A stretch of 64,000 bases of DNA from Azospirillum sp. (GTDB lineage Bacteria > Pseudomonadota > Alphaproteobacteria > Azospirillales > Azospirillaceae). The stretch is taken from positions 212 through 64,211 of the forward strand of contig DASWVP010000220.1 of the NCBI GenBank assembly GCA_036401175.1, written 5' to 3'. Positions 42,125 through 52,671 of the stretch are shown in pieces (position 1 is the stretch's first letter; each line of letters begins with the position of its first letter). The notes beneath the pieces were generated by a model that saw only the letters and a list, made by a program, of their open reading frames with translations, had not been told where the DNA came from and did not search any database. Both the position numbers and the translations under genes were made by a program.

Positions 42125-42636
42125 CGATGCTGGCCCGCCTGCTGCCCCACCCGTTGCTGACGCTGACCATCACCCTCGTCTGGCTTCTGCTGGCGAACGA
42201 GGTGTCCGTCGGCCATCTGGTCCTGGGCCTGATCCTCGGCATCCTCGTGCCCCGGTTCACCAGCGTCTACCGGTTCACCAGCGTCTACTGGCCGGACACG
42301 GTGCGGGTCCGCAACCCGGCCGCGATCCTCGGCTACGCCCTGGTGGTGTTGTGGGACATCTGCGTCTCCAACGTCCAGGTCGCCTACCTCGTGCTGTTCC
42401 GCCGCTCCGACACGCTGCGCTCGCGCTTCGTCGTGGTCCCGCTCGACCTGCGCACGCCGGAGGCCATCGCCGTGCTCGCCGGCACCATCACCATGACGCC
42501 GGGGACGGTCAGCGCCGACACCTCGGCCGATGGGCGCACGCTCCTGGTCCATTGCCTGGAGACCGACGACCCGGACGCCGTGGCCGCGCAGATCAAGGAC
42601 CGCTACGAGCGCCGCCTGAAGGAGATCTTCGAATGA
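42121..42636 (+). CDS. mrpE: Mrp/Pha antiporter subunit E
   Basis: LPHPLL, DICVSNVQVA, ITMTPGT, LLVHCL, IKDRYERRL. Confidence 0.93.
   Translation: MTMLARLLPHPLLTLTITLVWLLLANEVSVGHLVLGLILGILVPRFTSVYRFTSVYWPDTVRVRNPAAILGYALVVLWDICVSNVQVAYLVLFRRSDTLRSRFVVVPLDLRTPEAIAVLAGTITMTPGTVSADTSADGRTLLVHCLETDDPDAVAAQIKDRYERRLKEIFE
42253..42288 (+). repeat. Perfect 18-bp tandem duplication inside mrpE
   Basis: cggttcaccagcgtctac x2, encoding RFTSVY-RFTSVY. Confidence 0.95.
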
Positions 42637-42902
42637 TCGCCACCGCCTGCCTCATCGCCTTCGCCGGCATCGTGACCGCCATGATCCTGAACGTCTACCG
42701 GCTGGTGGCCGGTCCCGACGTGCTGGACCGGGTGCTCGCCCTCGACACGCTGGTGATCAACGCCATCGCGCTGATCGTCGTGGTCGGGATCTGGTATTCC
42801 ACCGCCATGTACTTCGAGGCGGCGCTGCTGTTCGCCATGGTCGGCTTCCTGTCGACGGTGGCGTTTTGCAAGTTCCTGTTGCGCGGCAACGTGATCGAGT
42901 GA
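42633..42902 (+). CDS. mrpF: Mrp/Pha antiporter subunit F
   Basis: GP...DRVLALDTL and GFLSTVAFCKFL.RG. Confidence 0.94.
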   Translation: MIATACLIAFAGIVTAMILNVYRLVAGPDVLDRVLALDTLVINAIALIVVVGIWYSTAMYFEAALLFAMVGFLSTVAFCKFLLRGNVIE

Positions 42903-42911
42903 GGAACCGCC

Positions 42912-43337
42912 ATGACCTTCATCGGCGAACTGATCGTTTCGGGCCTTCTCCTGATCGCCACCTTCTTCCTGCTCGTCGGCTCCATCGGGCTGGCCAAGCT
43001 GCCGGACCTGATGCGCCGGCTGCACGCGCCGACGAAGGCGTCCACGCTCGGCATCGGCGCGACGCTCATCGCCTCGATGCTGTATTTCGCGTTCATCGGG
43101 GATGGCCTGTCGCTGCACGAGCTTCTGATCACGCTGTTCGTGTTCCTCACCGCGCCGGTCTCGGCCTACATGATCGCCAAGGCGCACATCCTGCGCAACA
43201 GGCCGACCCGCGACGGCCTGCCGGAGACCGGGAAGCCGGTCGGCTGGGCGACGCTCCATCGCGTGCCGCCTGCCACCCAGGCCAGCCGGCCGGATCCCGC
43301 GCGCCCCGGTCCCGGCGGCAGGAACGCGCCGACGTAG
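42912..43337 (+). CDS. mrpG: Mrp/Pha antiporter subunit G
   Basis: LPD..RRLHAPTKASTLG and FLTAPVSA. Confidence 0.94.
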   Translation: MTFIGELIVSGLLLIATFFLLVGSIGLAKLPDLMRRLHAPTKASTLGIGATLIASMLYFAFIGDGLSLHELLITLFVFLTAPVSAYMIAKAHILRNRPTRDGLPETGKPVGWATLHRVPPATQASRPDPARPGPGGRNAPT

Positions 43338-43373
43338 GAGGCGCGGAGCGCGGAGATCTTCGCCCGCCGGCCC

Positions 43374-44048
43374 TCATCCCGCCGTGCAGCCGATCCCGGA
43401 GAGATTGTCGTGGTAAGCCTGCGCGTCGGCCTTGACGTCGCCGGTGGATTCGCCGGATGCCGCCGCGTTCTCCAGCGCCGCGGCCGAGCCGGCGAGGTCG
43501 GCCAGCGTGCCGGCGATGGCCAACTCCATGGACACCAGCGACAGCGCCCAGGTGGATCCGGCCATCACCACCACGGCCGCCGTGGCGATGCCGACGGTCG
43601 AGGCGCCGAAGCCCGGAACCACGAGATAGGGGCCGGCCGGCACGCCCAGCGCGCATACCCCCTCGCTGAAGGGCCTCTTCTCGGCCGGCAGGCGCATCAT
43701 CGCCGCGACGTCGAAGACGCCAAGCACGCCGGCCGTGGAATTGACCGCGAAGCGCAGGGTCGCGCGCCCGGCCGCCAGCGGGTCGCCGGCCATGGCGTGG
43801 CTGAGCGCCGTCACCGGCTCCGTCACGTTGGCGTAGACGTTGCGCAGGGCCGCCGGCAACGGGTCCGGGAGGGCACGCACGGCGTCCAGCGTCGGGCGGA
43901 TCACCGTCGCCGCAAAGGTCCGGTTGGCCGCGTGCGCCCATTCGTTGAATTCAGCCAAGCCATCACCGGCCCGAGCCGGCCGGCCCGTGGCTACGGCGAC
44001 CGCCAGCGCCAGCGCCAGGGTGGCGGCGAGGAGCTTCGGGGGGGCCAA
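43374..44048 (-). CDS. MlaA/VacJ-like protein, atypical (no lipobox Cys); start inferred
   Basis: FNEW....N, N...NVTEP, RFAVNST.GVLGVFDVA, GVPAGPYLVVP.FG.ST. Confidence 0.8.
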   Translation of the reverse strand: MAPPKLLAATLALALAVAVATGRPARAGDGLAEFNEWAHAANRTFAATVIRPTLDAVRALPDPLPAALRNVYANVTEPVTALSHAMAGDPLAAGRATLRFAVNSTAGVLGVFDVAAMMRLPAEKRPFSEGVCALGVPAGPYLVVPGFGASTVGIATAAVVVMAGSTWALSLVSMELAIAGTLADLAGSAAALENAAASGESTGDVKADAQAYHDNLSGIGCTAG

Positions 44049-44053
44049 CGCGC

Positions 44054-45271
44054 TCAGCCCTTCGCGTCCAACGGCACCGGCGTCATCGCCGGCGTTGGGC
44101 GGCGGCGGCGGACGGCGACGTACCGCAACACCAGATAGCCGGCCACGGCGGACAGCAGCGATCCGCCGAGCACGCCGATGCGCACCGCCGCGCCGTACCC
44201 CTCCTCCGGGAAGGCGAGGCCGCCGATGAACAGGCTCATGGTGAAGCCGATGCCGGTGAGCAGCGCCATGCCGTAGACGTGCAGCCACGTCGCCCCCGCC
44301 GGCAGCGCGCCGACGCCCAGCCGGATGGCCGCCCAGGTGGCACCCATCACCCCCGCCTGCTTGCCGAGGAACAGGCCCAGCGCGATGCCCAGCGGCACCG
44401 GCGTGAACAGCGCGTCGACCGACAGCCCGGCCAGCGACACGCCCGCGTTGGCGAAGGCGAAGACCGGCAGGATGCCGTAGACGACCCAGGGGTGCAGAGC
44501 GTGCTCCACCACCTGCAGCGGCGAGGCGCTGCGCGGCCCCGCCGTGCGCAGCGGGATGGCGAAGGCCAGCGCGACGCCGGCCAGCGTGGCGTGCACGCCG
44601 GACTTCAGCACGCACACCCATAGGAAGATGCCGAGCAGCACATAGCCGGCCAGCCGCACCACCCCCATCCGGTTCAGCGCCACCAGACCCGCCAGCCCCA
44701 CCGCCGCCAGCGCCAGCGAAACCGGCGACAGCTCGGCCGTGTAGAACAGGGCAATGATGACGATGGCGCCCAGGTCATCCAGGATCGCCAGCGCCAGCAG
44801 AAAGATCTTGAGCGACGCCGGCGCCCGCGTTCCCAGCAGTGCCAGCACGCCGAGGGCGAAGGCGATGTCGGTCGCCGCCGGGATGGCCCAGCCGCGCGCC
44901 GCCACCGGGTCGCCGCCGGCCAGCGCCAGGTAGACCAGCGCCGGCACCGCCATGCCGCCGACCGCCGCGATGCCCGGCAGCGCCGCACGCGACACGCTGG
45001 ACAGCTCGCCCTCCAGCACCTCGCGCTTGATCTCCAGCCCGACCAGCAGGAAGAACACCGCCATCAGCCCGTCGTTGATCCACAACAGCAGCGGCTTGGC
45101 CAGCTTCAGCGCGCCCACCTGCACCACCACCGGCGTGTCGAGCAGCGCCGCGTACAGCCCGCCGGCCGGCGAGTTCGCCAGCAGCAACGCCACGGCGGCG
45201 GCGATCACCAGAAGAATGCCGCCCGCCGCCTCCATGCGCAGGAACTCGCGGATCATCGACAGCGGGGGCAT
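44054..45271 (-). CDS. nhaA: Na+/H+ antiporter NhaA
   Basis: [57 protein letters not shown]. Confidence 0.97.
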   Translation of the reverse strand: MPPLSMIREFLRMEAAGGILLVIAAAVALLLANSPAGGLYAALLDTPVVVQVGALKLAKPLLLWINDGLMAVFFLLVGLEIKREVLEGELSSVSRAALPGIAAVGGMAVPALVYLALAGGDPVAARGWAIPAATDIAFALGVLALLGTRAPASLKIFLLALAILDDLGAIVIIALFYTAELSPVSLALAAVGLAGLVALNRMGVVRLAGYVLLGIFLWVCVLKSGVHATLAGVALAFAIPLRTAGPRSASPLQVVEHALHPWVVYGILPVFAFANAGVSLAGLSVDALFTPVPLGIALGLFLGKQAGVMGATWAAIRLGVGALPAGATWLHVYGMALLTGIGFTMSLFIGGLAFPEEGYGAAVRIGVLGGSLLSAVAGYLVLRYVAVRRRRPTPAMTPVPLDAKG

Positions 45272-45311
45272 GCATTTCTCCTGAACGTCGCGAAATTGAT
45301 CCCACCGCTCG

Positions 45312-46154
45312 TCATGCGAACCACACGCCATAGTACCGTGGATCGGCGTGCAGAACCTCCAGAAAGCAGTGGTTGGGGAGGGCCGGCTTGTAGATTTTGA
45401 AGGTCTTCATGATGCCCAGCGTCGCCATGCTTTCCAGCGGGCCGACGAACGACGTGTCGCCGTCCATGAAGGCAGGGTCGGCAATCCAGGTCCCCACCTG
45501 CCGGCGCGACAGCGCGAAGCAGCCGGCGTGCGGGTTGTTCGGACGGGCGAAGGTGACGGTTCCACCCAGGAATTCGGCCTCCAGCACCGGCTCCTCGTCC
45601 GGATCGTGCCAGGGGTGGGCGAAGCGGCGCGAGGGGTGCACGTCGATGTAGACTTTGCCCAGCGCGCCGTCGCGCACCTCGTACCGGTTGGGCAGCAGCA
45701 GGCGCCGATCGCCGAACCGCTCCGCGAACCACGCCAGCTTGGCGAAGACGTGCGGGTCGGCGATGACGATGTCGTCTTCCAGGTAGCAGAACCAGTCGTA
45801 GGCGGCGGCGAACTTGTGGATCAGCCCATGACAGATCAGGCCCAGCGTGGCGGGATCGTAGTCCACCACCACGGGCGTGAAGGCGTCCTCCGGCAGGTCC
45901 AGCCGGTCCAGGCAGTGGGCCCCCGGCACGGCGGCGACGAAGATGTCCACCACCGCCCCGGCGGCGCCGTTGGCGGACACCGTCTCGCCGCGCCTGAGAT
46001 CGGTGATGGCCATCTGCCGCCGGCCGAAGGTGCGGTGCAGGGACAGGATGCTCTGGCGCAGGCACACGGCGCGTTCGGCCGCGCGGCCCGCCGTGGAGCG
46101 GTACTGCCCGTCGCCGTCGCCGCAGTAATGCGGCATGACGAAGAGGATGCGCAC
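45312..46154 (-). CDS. Hypothetical protein with a GT-A-like acidic motif
   Basis: N-terminal RILFVMPHY strand, [26 protein letters not shown]; AGGGAG RBS before GTG. Confidence 0.75.
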   Translation of the reverse strand: MRILFVMPHYCGDGDGQYRSTAGRAAERAVCLRQSILSLHRTFGRRQMAITDLRRGETVSANGAAGAVVDIFVAAVPGAHCLDRLDLPEDAFTPVVVDYDPATLGLICHGLIHKFAAAYDWFCYLEDDIVIADPHVFAKLAWFAERFGDRRLLLPNRYEVRDGALGKVYIDVHPSRRFAHPWHDPDEEPVLEAEFLGGTVTFARPNNPHAGCFALSRRQVGTWIADPAFMDGDTSFVGPLESMATLGIMKTFKIYKPALPNHCFLEVLHADPRYYGVWFA

Positions 46155-46169
46155 GCCCGGCCATCTCCC

Positions 46170-47309
46170 TCACGCTTCGGCCGTCTCGGCCGCTTCGGCC
46201 GCTTCGGCCGCTTCGGCCTCCGCCGGCTTTGCCACACCCAGGAAGCCCAGGTTGGCGCGGCGCAGCGCCGCGTGCGCCCCATCGTAGACGAACGGCAGGA
46301 AGACCATCCGCCGCCCGGCGGTGACCGGGCGCACGGCGTGCAGCAGCGAGCAGGAGAACACCACCGCCCCACCCGCCGGTGCACGGAACAGGGCGTTGCC
46401 GAATTCGGGGAAGTAGACCTCGCCCCCCTCGTACCCGTCGTTCAGGGCGACGGAGACCGCGAATTGCCGGTGCGCGGTGCCCTTCGTGGTGTTGTCGCGG
46501 TGGGCGTGGAAATGCCCGCGCTCGGTTCCGTCGTAGCAGGCGACCAGATAGCGCTCGATGTGCGTGGCGCGGAACTGGTAGGCCTTGGCGATCTCCGGCA
46601 GCAGACGGCGGCGCAGGCGGTCGCGCAGCGTCTCCTTCAGCGCCTCGTCCTCGATGTAGCGGTCGCGGCGGACCTTCATCAGGGCGTTCAGCTCGCCGAC
46701 CGTGCGCCCGTCCCGCTCGGTCATGTGGCCGGACAGCTCGCCGCCCCGCTCGTCGTACAGCGCGATCAGGCGGGCGCGGAGGTCGGGTTCGAGAACGTGC
46801 GGCACCACCAGCACCGGCGCCTGCGACTGCGCCGGAACCGGATCGCCGGTCGGCGGCAGGCGATCCAGCAGTCCGGCAAGCTGCGCCACGCACTGCTCGG
46901 GGTCGGCCAGCGGGATCACGCCGGCGACGCGCAGCCGCGCGTCGAACACGTAGACCAGCGGGGTGTACATGTCGGCGCGGCCCTCGCCCTGCGGCTTGCA
47001 CACCCCCAGCAGCGCGCTGATCCGCCGGTCGGGGTCGAAGAAGTAGCGCCGGCCCGGCCGGCGGTCGCGCAGCCGCCCCTCGCTTTCGTCGCCCGGATCG
47101 ATGCTGACTCCGAAGAACGATACGTTCCGGTCGTCGAAGCGGTGCGCGATGGGTTCGAGCGCCGCGAGGAAGCGGCGTCCCAGGTCGAACGCCGACGACA
47201 CGAAGAAGGCGAGGACGAGGGTGCGCCCGCCCATCGTGTCGAAATGGAAGGCCGGCTTGGAGGAGGTGCGTCCGCAGAAGGGTGGGCAGGGGTCTCCGGG
47301 CAGGAGCAT
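46170..47309 (-). CDS. AhpC/TSA-like thioredoxin fold fused to 2OG-Fe(II) oxygenase
   Basis: PGDPCPPF, FFGVSIDP (Trx-like); HRD...LNDGYEGG...LLHAVRPVTAGRR (HxD..H..R). Confidence 0.88.
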   Translation of the reverse strand: MLLPGDPCPPFCGRTSSKPAFHFDTMGGRTLVLAFFVSSAFDLGRRFLAALEPIAHRFDDRNVSFFGVSIDPGDESEGRLRDRRPGRRYFFDPDRRISALLGVCKPQGEGRADMYTPLVYVFDARLRVAGVIPLADPEQCVAQLAGLLDRLPPTGDPVPAQSQAPVLVVPHVLEPDLRARLIALYDERGGELSGHMTERDGRTVGELNALMKVRRDRYIEDEALKETLRDRLRRRLLPEIAKAYQFRATHIERYLVACYDGTERGHFHAHRDNTTKGTAHRQFAVSVALNDGYEGGEVYFPEFGNALFRAPAGGAVVFSCSLLHAVRPVTAGRRMVFLPFVYDGAHAALRRANLGFLGVAKPAEAEAAEAAEAAETAEA

Positions 47310-47451
47310 GGCCGTTCCTGTTTCAGGTCAACGGCGCTTATGCTAGCCCGGCGCGTCACGGCGGGCGCCTGTGAGGGCTTACAGGTGGCGGGAGGCGCGG
47401 GCGTCCGTTTCGATGGCCCGGCCCCGCGCGAACGAAGAGGGTTTCCATCCG

Positions 47452-49017
47452 ATGCGCCTGATCAGCCGGATACCGTTGTCGGTGAAGATACGCGCCGCCT
47501 TCCTGCTGGTGTTCACCTTCACGATGGCGGTGAGCCTCTTCAGCATTTCCGAGCTGCACTCGGTCAACGTGGCGGCGGACGCGGTGAAGTCGAACTGGCT
47601 GCCCAGCACCCGCGTGCTGGGCGACATCAACAACCACATGTCCGACCTGCGCACCATGGACGGCAACCGGCTGCTGGCCGCCACGGCGGACGAAAAAGCC
47701 TGGGTGGAGCGCGAGGCGGAGGCGACGCTGGGCCGCGTCGACGCCAGCCTGCGCGCCTACGAGCGGCTGCCGATCACCCCGGAGGAGCAGGCGCTGGACG
47801 AGGCCTTCCGCGGGGAATGGCGGACCTACCTGGACGCGCGCGACGCCATGATCGCCGCCTTCGCGGCCGGCGACGTGGAGCGTGCGGGGGCCCTCTACCG
47901 CGGATCGACGCGCCAGAGCTTCTCCCGGGCGTCCGACCGGCTGACCCGGCTGACCGACTTCAACCAGGCCAACGGCACCGCCGCCGCCGGCTCCGTGATC
48001 GACACCTTCCTGCACGCGCGCATGACGATCCTGCTGGCGCTGGCGGTGCAGTGCGGGCTGGTCGCCGGGGCGCTGGTGTTCTTCACCCGCCACATGACCG
48101 AACCGATGCTGACGCTGGCCGGTGCCATGCTGGCGCTGTCGGAAGGCCGGCCGGCGTCCTTCCCGCCCTACGCCCGGCGCGGCGACGAGGTCGGCACCAT
48201 GGCGCGCGCCGTCGACATCTTCCGCGCCAGCCAGGAGGCGCTGTCCGAAAGCCGCAGCCGGCTGCAGGCGCAGGCCCGGCTGCTGGAGGAAAAGCTGGCG
48301 CGTGAGCGCGAGCTGGCCGTCCTCCAACGCAATTTCGTGTCGATGGTGAGCCACGAGTTCCGCACGCCGCTCACCGTCATCGACGGACAGGCGCAGCGCA
48401 TCCTGAAGCTGCGCGCGCAGCTGGCGCCGGACGATCTGGCGCGCCGCACCGAGCGCATCCGCGACGCCGTCGCCCGCATGACCGCGCTGATCAACGGCAT
48501 CCTCCAGGCCGCCCCCATGGCCGACGGTGAGCTGCCCTTCGATCTCGGCCCCGTCGACCTCGCCCGCACGCTGACGGCCGTGTGCGAGCAGCAGGCGGAG
48601 GTGGCCGACCAGCACCCCCTGTCCTGGGACTTCTCACAGTTGCCGGGAACGGCGGTCGTCGATGCAAATCTGTTGCAGCAGGCCATGGAGAACCTTCTGA
48701 GCAACGCGGTGAAATACTCCCCTCCCGGAAGCGCGGTGCGCGTGCGTGGCTGGCATGAGGCCGGCCACATCCACATCGCCGTCCGCGATGAGGGCATCGG
48801 CATTCCCGAAGCCGACCGCGGCCGGCTGGCCGAACGCTACTTCCGCGGTGGCAACGTCGGCACGCGGGCCGGCAGCGGCCTGGGCCTGCACGTGGTGCAG
48901 GCGATCGTCGCCCGCCACGGGGGCCGGCTCGACGTCGCCAGCCGCGAGGGGGAGGGATCGACCTTCACCATCGTCCTGCCGCACACCACGCCCGTCACCA
49001 TGGAAGCCCGGACATGA
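47452..49017 (+). CDS. Sensor histidine kinase (four-helix-bundle sensor, HAMP, HisKA, HATPase)
   Basis: NWLPS four-helix motif, RGDEVG, SHEFRTPL, NLLSNAVKYS, DEGIGI, GLGL. Confidence 0.93.
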   Translation: MRLISRIPLSVKIRAAFLLVFTFTMAVSLFSISELHSVNVAADAVKSNWLPSTRVLGDINNHMSDLRTMDGNRLLAATADEKAWVEREAEATLGRVDASLRAYERLPITPEEQALDEAFRGEWRTYLDARDAMIAAFAAGDVERAGALYRGSTRQSFSRASDRLTRLTDFNQANGTAAAGSVIDTFLHARMTILLALAVQCGLVAGALVFFTRHMTEPMLTLAGAMLALSEGRPASFPPYARRGDEVGTMARAVDIFRASQEALSESRSRLQAQARLLEEKLARERELAVLQRNFVSMVSHEFRTPLTVIDGQAQRILKLRAQLAPDDLARRTERIRDAVARMTALINGILQAAPMADGELPFDLGPVDLARTLTAVCEQQAEVADQHPLSWDFSQLPGTAVVDANLLQQAMENLLSNAVKYSPPGSAVRVRGWHEAGHIHIAVRDEGIGIPEADRGRLAERYFRGGNVGTRAGSGLGLHVVQAIVARHGGRLDVASREGEGSTFTIVLPHTTPVTMEART

Positions 49018-49613
49018 CCCCGACCGCCCGCCTCCTCGTCATCGAAGACGACCATGAAACGCTGGACCTGCTGGTGGAAGCGCTAGAGGAGGCGGGCTTC
49101 AGCGTCGACACCGCCAGCGACGGCGAGGCCGGGCTGGACGCCATCCAGCGGTGCAAGCCCGACCTCGTGCTGTGCGACGTGTCGATGCCCGGCACGTCGG
49201 GCTTCGACGTGCTGGAGCGGCTGACCGCCGCCTACCCGCGCCACGCCGACATGCCGCTGGTGTTCCTGACCGCGCTGTCGGACCGCGAGAGCGTGCTGCG
49301 CGGGCGCCAGCTGGGCGCCGACGACTACGTGACCAAGCCCGTGGATTTCGAGATCCTGATCGAGGTCATCAAGGCGCGCCTGCACAGCGGCGCGGCCCGC
49401 GCGCGCAACGCCGCCACCACGCTGCTGACCGCGCGGGAGACGGAGGTGCTGTCCTGGGTGGCGCGCGGCAAGGCGTCGGGCGACATCGCCGTGCTGATGG
49501 GCATTTCCGAGCGCACGGTGAACTACCACGTGGAAAACGCCATGCGGAAGCTGGACGTCTCCACCCGTGCCCAGGCCGTGATGCGCGCCACCCGCGACGG
49601 CATCATCCGGTAG
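49014..49613 (+). CDS. Response regulator (REC + LuxR HTH)
   Basis: IEDD, LCDVSMP, TKP; LTARETEVL.WVARGK...IA..MGISERTVNYH. Confidence 0.93.
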   Translation: MTPTARLLVIEDDHETLDLLVEALEEAGFSVDTASDGEAGLDAIQRCKPDLVLCDVSMPGTSGFDVLERLTAAYPRHADMPLVFLTALSDRESVLRGRQLGADDYVTKPVDFEILIEVIKARLHSGAARARNAATTLLTARETEVLSWVARGKASGDIAVLMGISERTVNYHVENAMRKLDVSTRAQAVMRATRDGIIR

Positions 49614-49748
49614 AAAGCTTGATGAAGCTGCTCCCCTGTAAGAAATATCAGCTAGAGTTCGTCAGATAAAATCCGGAATGTTCAGGACGTCGCTGCGTGG
49701 ATTTTGCGAAGGCGCGGCGAAGTGCGTTCCTTCATTCGTGGAAGTATC

Positions 49749-50456
49749 ATGAGAGTCACTCTTTTTGCTTGGTCCGGCGCGGCGCTCGGGCTTCTGGCGT
49801 CCGGCACGGCGTTCGCCGAATCCGGCCCTTACGTCCGCCTTGACGCCGGCTGGTCGTGGGCGCGCGACGCCCGCCTGCGCGATGCCGAACCCTCCTCGCG
49901 TATCTGCAACTTGTGCGCCGACACGCTGAACGAGATCGGTTCGTCGGCGCTGCTGTCGGGTGGCGTGGGCTACCGCTTCAACGACCGGCTGCGCGCCGAC
50001 GTCACGGTGATGCGCCGCACCGGCTTCACCCTGTCCGACGACTATACCTCGTCGACCCCGCCCATCCATTACGACGCGGGCGTGACCTCCTGGACGGTGC
50101 TGCTGAACGGTTACGCCGACCTGCCGGTGACGCTGGGCCCGGTCCGTCCGTTCGTCGGCGCGGGCGTCGGCTGGTCCCGCAACAGGATCGGCACACTGCA
50201 TGCGAGCTTCCCCGGCTTCTACGCCACCGCCGCCGGCGGCACGCGCAATCACGTGGCCTGGCAGGTGACGGCCGGCGCCAGCGTGTCCGTGGCCCCGTCC
50301 CTGGCGGTGGACCTGTCCTACCGCTTCCTCGACGCCGGCGACATCGGCACCGACCCGTCGATCGCCGTCAGCAACCGCGGCCGTCCGCCGATCACCGGCA
50401 GCAACGGGCGGCTCCGGTCGCACGACCTCCTGGTCGGGGTGCGTTACGCGTTCTGA
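49749..50456 (+). CDS. Outer-membrane beta-barrel protein (OmpA-TM/opacity-like)
   Basis: Signal peptide (AFA|ES); GVGYRF, LNGYADL, PFVGAGVG, DLSYRF, terminal VGVRYAF. Confidence 0.9.
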   Translation: MRVTLFAWSGAALGLLASGTAFAESGPYVRLDAGWSWARDARLRDAEPSSRICNLCADTLNEIGSSALLSGGVGYRFNDRLRADVTVMRRTGFTLSDDYTSSTPPIHYDAGVTSWTVLLNGYADLPVTLGPVRPFVGAGVGWSRNRIGTLHASFPGFYATAAGGTRNHVAWQVTAGASVSVAPSLAVDLSYRFLDAGDIGTDPSIAVSNRGRPPITGSNGRLRSHDLLVGVRYAF

Positions 50457-50539
50457 CCACGGGCGGCGTGGGGTTTCCATCCGCGCCACGCTGCCGATCG
50501 TCGGTGGGCCGGCCCCACCGGCGATGGCGGGCTGTCCGC

Positions 50540-51778
50540 TCAGGCCCGCAGGCGCCTGCCTCGGCGCCCGTCCAGCATATCGCGGCAGGCGGCGACGACC
50601 AGTTCCAGCGTGTCCTGCCGCGGCCGCGCGGACGCGGCGCGTGCGGCGGCATGGGCGGCGGCACCGATGACCGGGTCGCTTCGCAGCCGCGCCAAGGCGT
50701 CGTGAATGGCTTCCGGCGCCACCGTCCCGCGGCCGGGCAGCAGCGCCGTCCCCCCCGACCGCAGCAGCCCGCGCGCCGTGATGCTCTGCTCCAGGTTGAT
50801 GGGCATGACGAGTTGCGGCACACCCGCCTGCAATCCGGCGTAGGCGGTGGCGAGGCCGCCGTGGTGGATCAGCGCGGCGGCGGCCGGCAGCACCGCTTCC
50901 AGCGCCAGCGGCCGCTCGTGCACGGTGACGTTCGGCGGTGCGATGCGCGCGACCGCCGCCGGGTCGGCGCTGCCGATGTGGGCGTCGCAGGGGGCGCCCA
51001 GCGTCCCCAGCGCGGCGAGCACCGCGTGGATCTGCGGATGGTTGACCGGCATGTAGAGCGCCACCCGCCCTTCCTCCCGCTCCGCAACCGGCGGGCCGGG
51101 GGCGACGCGCGGGACGTTGAACGGCATGTACGTCGGTCCGCGCCGGTGTGGGCCGTAGGGGTCGAAGGCGACGATGGTGCAGACGAAGGTGCGGTCACCG
51201 GAAAACAGGTCGGCGAGGTGGCGCAGCGGCCGGCCCTGCCGCTCGTGGTGCAACGGGCCGAAGCGGTCCAGCAGCTCCGCCTCGTGCGCGCGGCTGTGCG
51301 CCGGCAGCGCCTGCACCCACGGCCGCATCGGCGGCAACGGGCGTCCGGGCGGCGGTACGGTGTAACCATTGCCCACGACCACGCGCGGAACGCCGGTCGC
51401 CGCCAGCGCCAGGGTCGGCGCGAAATCGGCGACGATCAGGTCGGGACGAGCCTTCGCCAGCGCGACATCCCATTGCTCCACCGCCGCGCGCAGCACCGGC
51501 GGGCGGTGGGCGTCGAACAGCCGCAGCACGTCGGCGAAGCTGTCGGTCGGCACCTCGCGGACCTTCGCGTCGCCGACCGGCCGCCAGCGCGGCCCGCTCA
51601 CGATGGGCGCGGTGCCGTCGGGAAGGCGCCGGGCGATCACCGGCCGCGCCATGTCGGGGTCGGGCACGGCGAAGGTCACGTCATGCCCCAGCGCCGACAG
51701 CCTCTCGGCCACCGGCAGCAGCCGGTTCAGGTGCCCCAGCCCCGCACCGAACTCCCAGGCCAGCAGAACGCGGGCCAT
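50540..51778 (-). CDS. GT-B fold glycosyltransferase (GT1/UDP-glucuronosyl-like)
   Basis: LLAWEFGAGLGH, PDLIVADFAP, IHHGG..T...GL.AGVPQL..P..LEQ. Confidence 0.88.
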   Translation of the reverse strand: MARVLLAWEFGAGLGHLNRLLPVAERLSALGHDVTFAVPDPDMARPVIARRLPDGTAPIVSGPRWRPVGDAKVREVPTDSFADVLRLFDAHRPPVLRAAVEQWDVALAKARPDLIVADFAPTLALAATGVPRVVVGNGYTVPPPGRPLPPMRPWVQALPAHSRAHEAELLDRFGPLHHERQGRPLRHLADLFSGDRTFVCTIVAFDPYGPHRRGPTYMPFNVPRVAPGPPVAEREEGRVALYMPVNHPQIHAVLAALGTLGAPCDAHIGSADPAAVARIAPPNVTVHERPLALEAVLPAAAALIHHGGLATAYAGLQAGVPQLVMPINLEQSITARGLLRSGGTALLPGRGTVAPEAIHDALARLRSDPVIGAAAHAAARAASARPRQDTLELVVAACRDMLDGRRGRRLRA

Positions 51779-51840
51779 GGCATACTCCCTTTCAGCAATG
51801 GTCAGGCCGGATCCGGGCTCGCGGCCTGCGGTTGCAGAGC

Positions 51841-52440
51841 TTACGGTCCGGCCGACGGCGGCGGACCTGTGAGAGTTGACAGGGGGCCACCCGTGGCCGG
51901 GGCAGTCGGGCGCAGCCGCTGCACCAGCCGCCACACCGCCGGTTCCCGGACGGCCGGATCCGCATCGCGCAGCGTGCGCCAGCCGTTGTTGGCGCCCTCG
52001 GCCTGCCAGCTCAGGGTCCAGCCGTCGGGCAGCGCGATCCGCGCATCCGGCACCAGGGGGCGCTGGCTGCGCACGGTGATCAGCGGCGGCGCGTCGACGC
52101 CGTGGCGCGCGACCTGGCCAATGGTGGGGTCGATCAGGAGATCGCCGATCATGCAGACCAGATGCCCCTTCCAGGCGTTCGGGCGCCTCAACTGGTAGCC
52201 GGGGTGGCCGATGCCGAAGCGCACGCGGCCACGCCGCCCCTCAACGGCCGCAGCCACCGGCCGGGCCGGAAAGCCGAGCTGCGCCAGCGCGTCGCACAAG
52301 ACCAGCGTCGTGAAGACGCAGGCCTGCCCGGCCCGTTCGCCGCCGATGGCTTCATAGAGTGCCGAGACGTCAAAGATGAAACGGTGCGATTGCCTGTTAT
52401 CGTCGGTCTTCTGGTTGGCGGGTGATTTGGTCGTGATCAT
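51841..52440 (-). CDS. Hypothetical protein with transglutaminase-like Cys-His-Asp signature
   Basis: ACVF...L..LGFPAR, WKGHLV, LLIDPT. Confidence 0.65.
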   Translation of the reverse strand: MITTKSPANQKTDDNRQSHRFIFDVSALYEAIGGERAGQACVFTTLVLCDALAQLGFPARPVAAAVEGRRGRVRFGIGHPGYQLRRPNAWKGHLVCMIGDLLIDPTIGQVARHGVDAPPLITVRSQRPLVPDARIALPDGWTLSWQAEGANNGWRTLRDADPAVREPAVWRLVQRLRPTAPATGGPLSTLTGPPPSAGP

Positions 52441-52671
52441 GCCTTGCATAAGCAAGAACGGGGCATGCGGCGACAACTGTCACTCCTCACAGGGTGGGTG
52501 ACGGGTTTGTTCACTGTCAATATTCACAGGTGCGTGGGGTTTGTGCGGTGTCGTACGCTGAAACCCTCCGGCCCTCGGGCGTACGTCGCTGTCGCCCACC
52601 GATCCGGGGCCGGTAAGGGCCGCCCCGGTTGACCCGCCAGGGGCGGCCCCGTGCCGGCCTCCCATCGCGGC

